Assembly (NCBI GenBank): GCA_000934665.2
Contig: JYFJ02003193.1
Location: forward strand, 1 to 45,161
DNA from: Catajapyx aquilonaris
Lineage: Eukaryota
Direction of reading: 5' to 3'
Length of the DNA: 45,161 nucleotides
This document shows, piece after piece, positions 19,766 to 32,200 of the stretch. The notes under the pieces were generated by a model, which worked only from the letters and a program-made list of their open reading frames with translations, did not search any database and was not told the DNA's origin. The stretch's first letter is position 1. Each line of letters begins with the position of its first letter. A program made the position numbers and the translations under genes.

Positions 19766-22700
19766 TATAACATTTGCGAAATACATTCCAGTGCTTTACA
19801 CTATTGACGTATTAAACTTGGGATGAATTACCACGATTCTTGAATATGCAAGATGAGTAGATAAAGAGGATGGGCGGTCCGGTGAATCATGGTAAATCTA
19901 TTTTTTGTTGGAATGTCCATCTCCTCGATGGTATACTCTGTTATTGACAGCTGTAGCATTATTTTCTGGAAAGTAACATAACTTAACCGTTGTGTGAAAA
20001 TACAGCATGGAGATTATTCTTCCCTGCGACAATCCTATTGAAATTCCCCGACGCGAATCACCTCTTCTCTATAGGGGATGGTGATTGAAACTGAACGTGT
20101 AGGAAGTTCCCGAGTTGAGAGTTCCGCCGAGTGCATTTCAGTTGACAAGAACATTAAATCAATTATAGACTATCCCTTTTGGGTTCTTTATCGAGCATGC
20201 TTGATGTGGAATCATCTGTCGGCAGCAGTTTGTAACTGCCAAAACTCCAATCAAAATCTAATGAGGTGCATCCCGAAGGGAGGGATGAAGCCAGTGAATT
20301 AGTTCGGTGGTGACTCCTGCCTCCTCCTCCTCCTCCTCAGTGAATCCCAAACTTGAGAAATCTGTGCGAAAGGGACCTATTGTCAAGCACGGTGCACGTT
20401 GAAGTGATGTTGATGGCAGGAAACCAGGTTATTTTGACGTTGATATCGTCAAGTTCCTCCCATTTGCCGTTTCCTACTGCTAAACACCGTGAGTGAAATC
20501 CACTCTCTATAGCTGGAGCCTAGCTCTAATGAATGTGTTGGCGATGTATGGAGCAATGGAGTCACACACAGGTCAAAGCAGCAGCAGCAGGCACAGGTTA
20601 TCGTAGCACAGAAGACAGGACAGGCACTCATCCGGCCGGCCACCCACCCACAGTAGGTGCTTTGATTGCCAAGCTGCCTGTAGACGTGCTAATTTCAAGC
20701 GTGGATGAGTTAATGGGGTACCATTTTGGCCGGTGGGGAGAAAACGCTGAAAATGGGATTAACATGAAAGCGCCTGCAAAGTTGGCAGCTTGGGTAAAAG
20801 GGCTGGATTTCAGCGGCGATAGGTTCCAAGGCAAGCGGCCGGGATTCTCCTGAATCTCATTGTTCCTCACAACGTGGAGGGAAAATGACAGGCGTTCATC
20901 ACCATGCAAATTCCATTACGCGATTATAAAATTACGTCCGTAACGACCACTCTAATCCACTTTGCTTACCGTCTGCTCTTCCGCCCTGTAGGGAAACTGA
21001 ATCGGCCTGGTATAAGCAGATATGCACCAGGCTATTCTTCCATATACTCGCCTTATGTTGTATCATTATTCCGATTGGATCTCTGCAGTCGTGACTCTCT
21101 GGGTGTCATGTTGTTTTGAGCCTAAGAAGAATCCCAGGCTGATTTGGGCACCCATCAGCAAGAAGCTGCTGGCTTGAATTGCTATTGGATTAGCCGAGCT
21201 GATTCTTAACAAGGCATTGTAATGGCAGACAATATAATTATGGTGGCAGGCAAAATGGATTCTTCCTCCTCTTGGCTGGAACGGAGCTAACGCTTATCTA
21301 CGACAATAGGCTTGGAATGGGAGTAGTTTAGGGGAAGGTTGGCGCAGTCTGTGTGTGCTGAATACTCCTCATTAGGAAGGATGCTGTGACACGTCCAAAT
21401 TGAGTCTGGTTTTCAGACCACTTTGGCACTGCATATCAATCGGGGCCAATCACTACGCGTTGTGGAAGACCAACAACTCGATGCAGTTAGTCGTAAAAAT
21501 AAATCGCCTTAAAAAACTGCATATAGAATAATTCCGATATTTTAATCCGCACTTTGCAGTACCTGAATGTGAATGAACCCTGCCACTCCAAAGCCAAGGT
21601 TTTAATTTGCTAAGCGGAGCAGCTGATATGAATATTTAAGTTCTTTTTAATGCGTGCCAGACCCCTTGACGCTGGAAGACGTTGCCTGCTGTTACCATAG
21701 TAATCGATAGCATTTCTGTAGCTATACCACTTTACAGTAGAATGTGTAGAGTGGCGCCGTTCCTATTTTGGAGTCATTTTGATCGAAAACAACCATTTTT
21801 TCAGTGGCACATTATTTCAGATGTCGAATGTGTGCAGGGGCCGAGACTGGTGTAAATATCACAGATTCTCGGTTTTGTAATGTTTGGATAAACGTTCCTC
21901 AATATTAACAAACAGCCACTAGACTGTGTCACATTACTTTCTGTTGGATGATGCATGATGTGACAGTGCAGCAGTTATCGGAGTTGAGAGGTGACAGAAG
22001 CACCTTTGACCTCCTCCAACTCTATATACTTGCTTTTCCCCAACTAATCACATTTTGCTAATGAATTTCAAATCCCCCCCACTAGATACGCATTCTGTAA
22101 TTGAGTTTGAAAGGCAAAGTTTGAAAGCCAAAGGCAGAAAACGCGCTCCGTGATGGCAGGGTCCAGGCTCCAACTTGGTCGTCCTTTTCGCCCTTTATAT
22201 ACTGTAGGATCAAAATGGTCAAGGGGTTCTGGTTTAGGATATACTGCACTGTATATTTTTCAAGAGCGAATGTTCGTTTATTTAATACTGCAGAATGCTC
22301 CTTCCAAGCTCGGTATATGACTGCGGATTATTTTTTCCTAAGCCGAATTGAAACCGATTCAGACTTAGAACTGTTTCGCAACCCAAACATCTCCCGGCCA
22401 CTTTTGCAGTTTGAGTGATTCTAAAAGGGGAAAAAGTAAGGTAATAATCGAGTAACCTAACATTTCATAGACAAAATGGAGTCGCTCGGGAGCAATTCAA
22501 TTCCCCGCAGAAAGTGGATATTGTTGAAACTCGGCAGCGAAGACCTTGTGTATATAGTATACACAAGCTTCCACATCAATTAGGAAAAAGTGGATGGGGT
22601 ATATGGGCAGGGGGGCGGCACGTTTCACATTAGGCAAAGTGAGTTGGAGGCTGGAGGGTGGGAGGCAGGGCGAGGGGGAAAAAATTGGGGAAAAAAGTGC

Positions 22701-25700
22701 AGTCGCAACAACTCTGCATTGGGTTGCAACGGGCCAAGTTCCAGTTTCCGCAGGCAGAAGAAAATAACGAACCCCCGCCTTTGTAGATTCATAATTTCAC
22801 CTCCTTGTCTCCGTGCGGGCTCCATTTCCTAAACTACCCTTTTTTTTTCTTACGGATGGTAAGTAAATCTATCGCGACCTATCCGCAAGAGTGTATCCGA
22901 GCCCACAGAATGAAGTTAAAAGAGGGTTGGAGTGATAGGCCTACTCTTCTCAACAACAGCCCGCGCTTATTTAATTGAATTCCAGCCTCTTTCCTGTCAT
23001 CTTCCAGCCGACTAACCCTCTCAAGCCATCGACCAAGGCTACAGTGGAAAAGACAGGCGGTAATAATTAGAAAAGGAAAAGACAAGGATAATTGCAACCC
23101 TCCCACTCTCATCCCTCCTCAAATCTCTCCATCCTCCCCTCTTCCCTCTCCGCGTCCCCCCCCCCTAATTTTCATTCTCAGAAGGAAATGAGAAGATTAA
23201 AAGTTCAAAGCCCCGCAAAAGGAAGTGTAAAGAGAAAACGGAAGAGGCTATTGAGAGAGAAATCAATGTCATTGACATTCAAGAGCAAGCAGCAAGGAAT
23301 TGGCTTTTGAAAGGAAGATGCGCCCGCCGCCAAATATTATTGTTGATGATGATAAAGTAAAGTTGGGTCTGTCAGTTTTGCTCCACGCAACTTCATTCCA
23401 CAGTGGGGAACGAGTTCTGGGTGATGAGGGCCCTTCAAATTACTGGGGAGATTCAAAGTCATTCGGCAGGGCGGATGAACACGCTTGTGTCTCACTTGCC
23501 TCTATTTGCATTCATTCATGGAGGTTTGGTAGGATCTGGCTGGCAATTTTCAAACGCACTGCTGCTCTGACCGTTTTTTTTATTCTCATGGGACACTGTA
23601 CTTGGGGCTATTGCCACCCGCAGTCGAGAGTACTGGAACTCCACATGCTATTCTGCGCAAAAGGGAGGCGCACGCCATATGCAAACCAAATAGATGTGGA
23701 AGAAAAAATGTGCACTAATATTGTATCCCATTTTTTAAAAGGATGGAGTTACCCACCTTTGGGTGTACTTGAACTGTTCCGGCCAAAAATATCCCGCATA
23801 TAGGAGTGTCAGTGAAAAATGGCTTATGCTGCTTATCCGCCCTATATTCTGAAAGAATGATGAAAAGTCTGCTGCAGCATGATCTATAAGTGGTTGGAGC
23901 CTGCAGTATCCGGAGCCCTCAGGAGGATTAGGCTTGAAGCGGCCATCTCGAGTCAGTTCTGGCGATTATTCCGATAGAAAGAATCGCCACGGTGAACTTG
24001 AAGCGAATCCTGTAGATTTGATTCATTTCTCAACTTTCCACTTCACCAAGATTGAGAAAATGACTTTTATGTGGCGCAAGAAGAAAAGTGCTGAGTCCGA
24101 CGCAGTTACCAACTCCTCTGTAACATTGACCTGTGCACATGAATCACACGGTTCTCAACCGGCGTTTTTTTTTAAACCCTCGGAATGTGGATGGGCTCCT
24201 TTCCTGTAGAAATCCAGGATTACAAAGCCGAAAAGCGAGAGAGGAACAATATGGTGACCTCAGCCATTTTCCACGCAGGGTAATTTGTTACAGAAGCTGT
24301 GTGTCAGGAAACTCCCAAAAGGACGCGGGAGCCAAGAATCGCACAAAAAAGGGGACAAGGAGTATAGGGGGAGCTGGTAGAAGAAAAAACAGAGGAACCA
24401 TTTTGGAGAGAGGCTTCCACGTGCCACCAGATTCGCAGCACCAATTGATCTTGCCTTGCCGCTAAAATCATTACCATTTTCTAGGGAGACAAAAAGAAGA
24501 GAAAAAAAAGCGATCGTATCGGTGCCCGGTAGAAACTGTGGCCACTCGTTCATTAATCTTCCAGAGTGATGGGAAACATGGCCCAAGCTTAATTACCTTG
24601 CTCGGGATTTGGACAAACAGACACACACACACACACAAAAAAAAACGATTGCTGGTGCCAACAACGAAAGCCCCATCCATATCTGCAAGTTGATAAATAG
24701 TGTTTGGAGGAGGGTACAAAATATGGGGGGCAGATTTGCATAAACGTTTTCCAATCGCAGTGCCAATCATGGAGCACTCTTGATGTGAGCATGACTGAGA
24801 AGGAACTGCGGTGTGACACTCGTGCATTTGACAAACGATGTACCCGTTCATTTATGTGTGTAGCAGAAACTGGCAATTGAAATGTACAATTACTGTGATG
24901 AATGCAATTTAGTTCAGGGAGCAGAAGAAGAGCTGGCTGTAAACAAACGTAACAAAGCTGAAAGTTAGACGTGAGAAAATCGCGATTTGATGCCTTTCTC
25001 TTTTTCCCCTCCCATCTCACCTTCCCCTCTAGGCTCATTTTTTTCTCGTTTTCTTCTCAATTTAGCCGTCGTCTGTCTCCTGCAAGACGAGGGAAAACCC
25101 AATTTCCAGGGTCAAGCCAAAAGATTCATTTGCCCCCTTCCCCCCTCACACCAAAAGAATAAAGAGAAATGTGATGAGGAGTTTGGTCCTCATGTTTCAT
25201 GACATTGGTCTTCCATCATCTTCCCCTCCCCCCCCCCCTCCCCCGTCTCCCTGCTGGAGTATTAGAGCTGCTAATAATCAACATCCCTTTACGTATCCAA
25301 CCCCTCCGTCACGCATTAGGAAGAATCGTGACGGGGCTGCCGATACTAATTGGAAGGAGGTCTGTGAGTAAGGGAGGCTTGGAGGATATGAAGTTGCACG
25401 AGGCAAGCAGATATGTTTCCCAATCCGACACTGATGGCAGTTAGGGTCACCGATAGACCCCTGCATTCAGTGGTCCAGGCCATTCTCACGAGATGAGATC
25501 GATATCGAATTTTTTTGGGAGGGTGCACGGTAATCGATAGTCAATTCTAGAAGCTTTGCGAATCCGCAAAAGTAATTCCTAAAGACCCTAGAAAAGGCAC
25601 GGAAGAGCATCGGAGGATTATACCAAAAACTTGGGCGGCTGTATAGGAGAAATGTGACGAAGAGTCCAAAGGTACTGGCAAATGAATTTTTCATTACCCT

Positions 25701-26695
25701 GTACTGGACTGTTACATGTCGGAAAAAATGGGAGAAAATGCATGCCAGAGAGGTATTGCCTCACTTTATTCAACAGTAATATTATGCACAATAATAAAAC
25801 TCGTGAAAGAGAGGAGGCGACGAGATATTAGCACGTTAAGCTACCGTCAGGATAACAGTGGCCTTCATTATAGGGGTTCCTTTTTTAGTACAGTAATTTA
25901 CATTAATACCTATTGATTTTGAGAAATTACTACAAGTCTTGTAGAAGCAAAACTGAAGGACATCGAGAAATCCATCTCCCATTAAAATTTATTAGGACCT
26001 CAGGATGGAAGGGCATTGGCCTAGACCACTACACCACCTTGCCTGGTATGTGCTGAATATATCGGTCAAGTAGATTTCAGACATGTCAATTCGATCTCTT
26101 TCGGAAGAAAACGATATATTTTCGTCAATTTTGACGAAACTTGACACACTTGAGAATGCTACTCGGTCCACCTACAGAAGCGTGAGATATTACTGAAAAT
26201 TGTGGCCTCTGACAACAAATGAAAATAGAAATGGACAACAAATGAAAATTCAGCTGCACTCGGTTGGCACCCTTGTTGTGTACGGTATGTCTCCCTGCCA
26301 ACAGCATATCGTCCTGGACTACGCCATTCTAAACAATCCGAGTGATGCCCTCAGTTAGTGTCAGACCTTTCTTTACGAAAGGTGGGTGGGCGCATGTCTC
26401 CCGATAATTGACCCATTTGTTTCACACTTCGTCCCTTCTTTTCAGTTCTACGATATACACAGTCGGATTTGGCTGCACAATGAAGGTTAGACGGAGTTGC
26501 CTGCCACTGCCACCCCAAAAGAAAAAGACGAGTTCCAGGTCGGCACGAAACACCTTGTCGACCGCAGCCAGCTGGTCCTTTTATAGGTGCAGCCATCAGC
26601 ACAACCGGATGAGAAGGAGGAGGAGGAGGAGGAGCACGAGGAACCGTTGGCTACACCTCTGGAGGAGCCATTACACCAAGTTCAATGATGTGATA

Positions 26696-27268
26696 TGTAA
26701 CATGTTGGCAAGCCTGACAATATATTGATTGTTAAAGGAGTTACTATGGTTTGGGAGAGACGTGGAGTTGTTGTAAAAAGAGAGTCAAGTGGGGAGGAGT
26801 GAGGTTGTGGGAGTGGGATTCGCGTCGTGAGCTGTTTGTGGATGCCTGTGGAAGTGTATCTGGAGGAGGAATAAACCAGAGGAAGAGGTTCTGTAAGTTA
26901 GAGTTTTAATACATTGTACATGGGAATACTGGGGAGCAACCAAGAAGAGTGATTCCTGCCGTTCGCTCACTCAAGAGAGTCCGGACCGAACCAGCAGAAG
27001 TTCCGTCACAATAGTAAGGAGAAGCAGAGCAAGTGACAGCAACTTCCAGGGCGCCAGGGAGGACGAGACAGGCGAAGGAAGAAGGGCCTGCAGACTAGGA
27101 GCCGACGCCGCGCCGCCAGGTCCAGCAGGTCCAGGATGCTGAGCAGTGGCCGCAGATGGTGGACCCAACGGGGTCCGAGCGCATCGATTGTTTCATATTG
27201 CAGTACTCCGGTGATAATTTTTTGACTTCTTCGATTGACACGTCTCATTTAGATTAATAAAAATTACA
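26696..27268 (+). mobile_element. Possible solo LTR
   Basis: TGTAA...TTACA inverted termini, about 570 bp, internal AATAAA, distinct composition. No clean TSD. Confidence 0.35.
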
Positions 27269-27275
27269 TGTAAAG

Positions 27276-27908
27276 ATGTGTAGGTCTACTCTAAGATGGT
27301 TTGGCCATGTGGAGAGGATGAAGGAGGAGGAGATTGTGAAGAAGGTTTATTTGCGTGGAGTAGTTGGTAAGATGGGCAAGGGTAGGCCTAGGAAGACATG
27401 GTTGGACCAGGTGGGTCAGTGTCTTAAGGGTGTTGCTAGTGTTAAGCCGAAACGTTCATGTGTCAATAGGACCATGGATGTGGCAGAGGCTAGGGTTGTT
27501 TGTTTGGATAGGTGTAAATGGCGTAGGTTAATTAATGGGTAAGTAGGTAAATAGGTTTGAGGATAAGGCTTCCTTCGCTCCGGCGAGTAGAGGGGACGTC
27601 CTTGGCGGGGTTGATGAGGTGCAAGGGTGGTGCCATACACGTCGGGGTGGCCAGGGCGTCCGGAGTAGTGGCTGGTGGCGAGGGGGCTTGATTTGGTGTA
27701 GTACCATATTGCATAGTGTAATATTTAAATTTAATATTCAGTGTCTGTCATCTGAGATGGGCAGGTGTGGGGGGTGGGACGGGTTGTTTATAGGTTTATT
27801 TTCACAAGTTTTAATTTAGTTCATATGTTGGGTTAGCTTGCGTCTCCCTTCATCGCTGACTACCCCTCATAGGGAAATGTCGTGATGTTGTTGTTGTTGA
27901 TGATGATG
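27276..27908 (+). mobile_element. RTE-clade LINE 3' end (ORF C-terminus 27276-27542, 3' UTR, (TGT)/(TGA) tail)
   Basis: LRWFGHVERM...GRPRKTW.D...A..DR..WR is the hallmark RTE C-terminal motif. Microsatellite tail at 27883-27908. Confidence 0.9.
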
Positions 27909-27952
27909 AAAAGAACGTGTTATTACCTGTATTACACAGCATGGTCGATGGC

Positions 27953-29210
27953 CAGGGTTGGAAAAAACCCCGTTTTTAAAAATAAAAAAACCCAACCCAT
28001 ACTGGTTTTATTGGGTTTTATTGGATTTTTGGGGTTTGGGGAGTTTTTCTGGCAATTTTATGTTTCGTTTTATCACTGCGTAATGTCCACTTGAAATCTT
28101 GAATGCTATTAAATGATGCGCCACTCGGGAGAACCAATGGGCTCATATGGAGCAAACTGAGGAATAGGCTTGATGTAGAAAAAAACTGAGAAACTTGTAA
28201 AAGTGTACCGAACACTTAGGTCACAGCCACCTGAGTGGTAAGAAAAATGTATATGAATACACGAATTTCCAAAGGGCCCAAGTCCGGAAACATGCCAGGA
28301 GAAGGAAAAAACGATGTCACAAGAACAGAATTACTGCCTGGCAGTTGGGATTTTAACACAATGAATCATATCTAAAAACGTTTGCGTTGAAGCAATATGA
28401 ACACCATACGACGAACAGTGTGCTAATAATAAATAAAATTAAGTGCCTGACTTGGGCCCTTTGGAAAAACATTAAGTGGATATGGAATCCTGGATAACAC
28501 AAGAGGTAGCCTCAGCATTCCAAGACTAATATTGAAGTCAATACCACCTGCTAATGCATTTTGCAGTACATGGACATCATGAAATCATATTTTGCAGGCA
28601 CTACTGCAGGCCATACCTGCTATTTTTGTGATGTCCTTTCATCAGTTTCATGCACTTACCCAGCTCATGCTTCCCACTATCGCCGCCTGCCGGTCGTTCT
28701 ACAATATGTTTTGCCCTTTCTACCAAACATCGAAATTTCCCAATGCCATTTTCCTCCTGTTCGAATGGGACTTGGGCCTTCCCATGCAGCATACATATGC
28801 AGCCCGGTACTGTGAACAGATCTCAGGTCTTACCTCAGTTTTGCCCAAACAGACCACTTGGGCCCTTTGGAAATTCATGGATTCATAATTATATGCTTAA
28901 GTACCTACTGTATGTTCAGAAATGTAAAAAAAAAATCTATATTCAGAAACCTATATTGCGAAATGTGAAAAATAAACGATACATAATTTAATGCGTGATT
29001 TTAACTGAGAATTTCCTGACACAATCATCATCCATCATCATATGAGTTACGTTTACGTATCAGTTAGGCTACTTAATGGAACAGTTCAACAGACTCAACA
29101 GTATGAATGCTTTAAAAAATTTCAACATTAGGATGAAAAACTGCCAAGGTGGATTTTTACTTTTTAGTGGGTTTTATACTGTATAAGGTGGGTTTTTAGT
29201 GGGTTGGGGG
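27953..29210. mobile_element. hAT-like non-autonomous element (right end runs into the poly-G/N gap)
   Basis: CAGGGTTGG terminus followed by clustered AAACCC/GGGTTT subterminal motifs. A similar GGGTTTT cluster lies at 29148-29205. Confidence 0.5.
28252..28887. mobile_element. MITE nested in the hAT-like element
   Basis: TATGAATACACGAATTTCCAAAGGGCCCAAGT and ACTTGGGCCCTTTGGAAATTCATGGATTCATA match 30/32 inverted. An extra internal copy of the motif is at about 28450. Confidence 0.8.
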
Positions 29211-32200
29211 GGGGGGGNGGGGGGGGGGGGGTCGGACGAACACTACGATGGCTACCTTGCATACTCCTCAGTTGCCAAATTGAAAACATAGCAACGCAGC
29301 AGGACCTTTAAATAAACAACAGGCACTCATTGTCTTCTCTTTCAATTCACGGTAACCAACAGGGTTCTCCTCCTCGAAGGCTATATCCATAGTTTTTTCG
29401 AACGAGCGACAAGGTTGTGGTGGTGGTTGATCAACTTGATGTGAATGATCTTTTTGTCGTGTATCCCCTGTGAAGGCCACTACCTACGGGAATGCGCCAC
29501 AGGTAGTAGCTCTCACAGGATATATGAAAGAATCAGTGTTCCCAATCTCAATGCATTGTGACGCGTCGTGCTCTACTTGGATTTAGGAATCCTTACTTTC
29601 CAGATATTGGTTTCTTTTTTAGTAACGTTTCCATTTTTAAAACATTTGGCTTGCCCTACTTGACGTACCGGTAGTCGCATTTGCACATTGCGTTTCGGTC
29701 GTTTCAGCCAGCAAGAACGCGAAGAGAAGCGCATGACCTTGCTTAGACTGTAGCAATGTGCAAATGCTACTTTTTCTGTTGGACATTCTGAAGACATTTG
29801 CGTGATGTCTTGTAACTAAATGTAGCTTATGGAACTAACTCTCCATATTGTACTTTGGTCGAATTAATGTTGGCCTACATTCTATTGTTTTCAAACAATC
29901 AACAACAATGAAATGCAGGCCATCAAAACGTTACAGACATTGATACAATCCAGAGTCTTAGTACTTTATTCTAGGGAATTTGGCTCGTATTGTATACCTC
30001 CCATAAACGTTATTCGACTGCACTTGAGCAAGCCACGGTAAACTGCGTAGGAGGCAGAAACAACCAGCGAGGAAAGAAATGCAATTGGCGAAACTTTCCA
30101 GTTGAAGTGACGTCTGGAGTGGTAATTACCCTGTACATTAACCGAGCAGCTGATCCTGTTGGCCTTTTGTCCGTCTGCCATTTTGGACCTGGAATAATAT
30201 TCGGCACCGATTTGCCTACCATCCCGTTTCCTTTTCATGGATTGGAAATAAAAACCCCAAACTTGGCTTGCACAAGAGATAGACCATCTGGATCTTGCGA
30301 TACACAAAGGCACAAGTTGAACTGGTCTTTGGTCGTCTTGTATATCCAGTGCTTCAAAGGCAGCCCTTTGAGAAACGAAAAGAGGGGAATCGAAGCACAC
30401 AAGGCTTTGAAGCCTATTTGCTTGGGATTTTGAAAGGGATTGTGGAAATTGCACAGAGGGCGAGCAGCTTCCTTGAGCCTAGTAGTGGCTTGCTCGGGCT
30501 TGCTGATCGAATGGAGAGCTCCCAAACAGATTAGCCTAATTACTCCTTACACTTGCCAGCGAGAGATGTCCGCTCATCTGCCAGCATACGCCTACATGCA
30601 GCCGCTCTTTGTTTGCAAACTTGCCCATCCACGTGCCCGCCCAGGCCTAGGCCCAACTGCCATTTTCAACGGAACATTTTGGCCCACCCTATACATTGCT
30701 ATGAGAACGAAATCGGGCCAAAAAGTCAGCGAATGTAGCAGGAAATTACAGCACTTGGCAACAACCGCAACTCGTTAGCTGCTGGGGGAAAAAAGTGAGC
30801 AACACAGAAACAAAGCTGCAGTACATAAAACCAGCGCGACAATGCACTCATTTAGGGAGTGTCTCATCCCCCTCCCCCAACCCTCCATACCATAATGAAA
30901 CTAGAAGCGAGCGTAGAAAAGCGCTGGTAAGAGTGAGGGGAGGCAGGAGAAAAAAGTGCCATCAATTTTCCCAATTCTTTCCTTTCATAGCTTATGAAAT
31001 GAGGAATTAGCCATTCGTAGCGTAGAGTGAGTAATTTGGAGGAGGAAAAAGGGAGGCGTTATTGTGAAAAGATTTTCATTAAGGAGAAGGCTGGTGCTGC
31101 TGCTGCCTACCAAATTTAAGGGGACTCGGGGTGCCCATTTTCCAGCCGGGCTAGTCTCGGGCCAGACTCATTTGGCTCCTTTTTTTCTGCTTTTTTTGTT
31201 TTCCGGTTATTAGCTTGGAGGCCTTGCCGGGGCTGATTTGTACACAATATTCAACAGGTTACATTCGATAGTACTAGACACTCGTGGCAATAATATTGTG
31301 ACTAGAGTATGTAATATGAACTAACGGTGGAACCCTTCAAAAAGAGAAACTTCTATACTGTAGAAGACATTGTCCGGAGCATCAATAGGTGCTGTATTAC
31401 GTTATTCTATAGCCAGTTTTGATAAATATATCTACAGGATGCGAATGTTGTTTTAGGCTGTTCTCCCCGTCCCATGCAAAATATAGGGTCGTTGACATCC
31501 TGGTTGCTAAGGGTAATGCTAAGCACTACAGTAAACAAACAAATACCTGGGCAATGGACACTGCCTCTATAATGAGCATGAAATGTACAGTTTGCTTATG
31601 CGTTGTGGAGAATTTTTCTCTCGTTAGCTTAACCAGCATTTATTGAGTCAATGTAGTTGATTCACATACAAATCTTGCTCGAAGTAGGCCTATGTCTCGT
31701 TTTGCAGCTTTTGACCCTCTAATAATGATTTATGATTGCATAATTTTTGTTGATGGGAAAGTGTTGGTTTTTATAGGTAAATTCTGATGAACATATTATG
31801 GTGATTAAAATTCTGGCGGCTTAATCAGCAAAATCCCGAGTTATTAATTTTTACAGGTGCATTTGTATAGTACAGCCTGAAAAGTGCAGATTTCTGATTA
31901 GATCCAAAGTAATTGAAGGTTTTCTTTCGCTATGGCGCTCTCTTATCGTAGTGGCATTGAGTGACAGTTTCCTTGTCTTTCTTCGATTGTTAGAGTTACG
32001 GATAATGTTGTTTTTCACAACAACTGAGAAGTCGGAGAAAAAACCTAATCGAATTCTCCGTGGTGGACTATCTCTAGAAGCAAATTGATGATTGCGGTGT
32101 GGATGGGTAACTATCATTTCCTTCCTTCCTTCCTTCCTTCCCTAGCAAGCGTTTCCTCTTGGGTGGTGTTGGCGTCCAACCTGTTTGGCCGTCCAGTGAG

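Noticed and set aside
23300..23803. Longest ORF in the track (167 aa)
   Set aside because: Non-ATG start and no recognisable homology.
29966..30778. Overlapping 110-160 aa ORFs on both strands
   Set aside because: No recognisable domain and no convincing splice-site-bounded exon. Likely chance ORFs.
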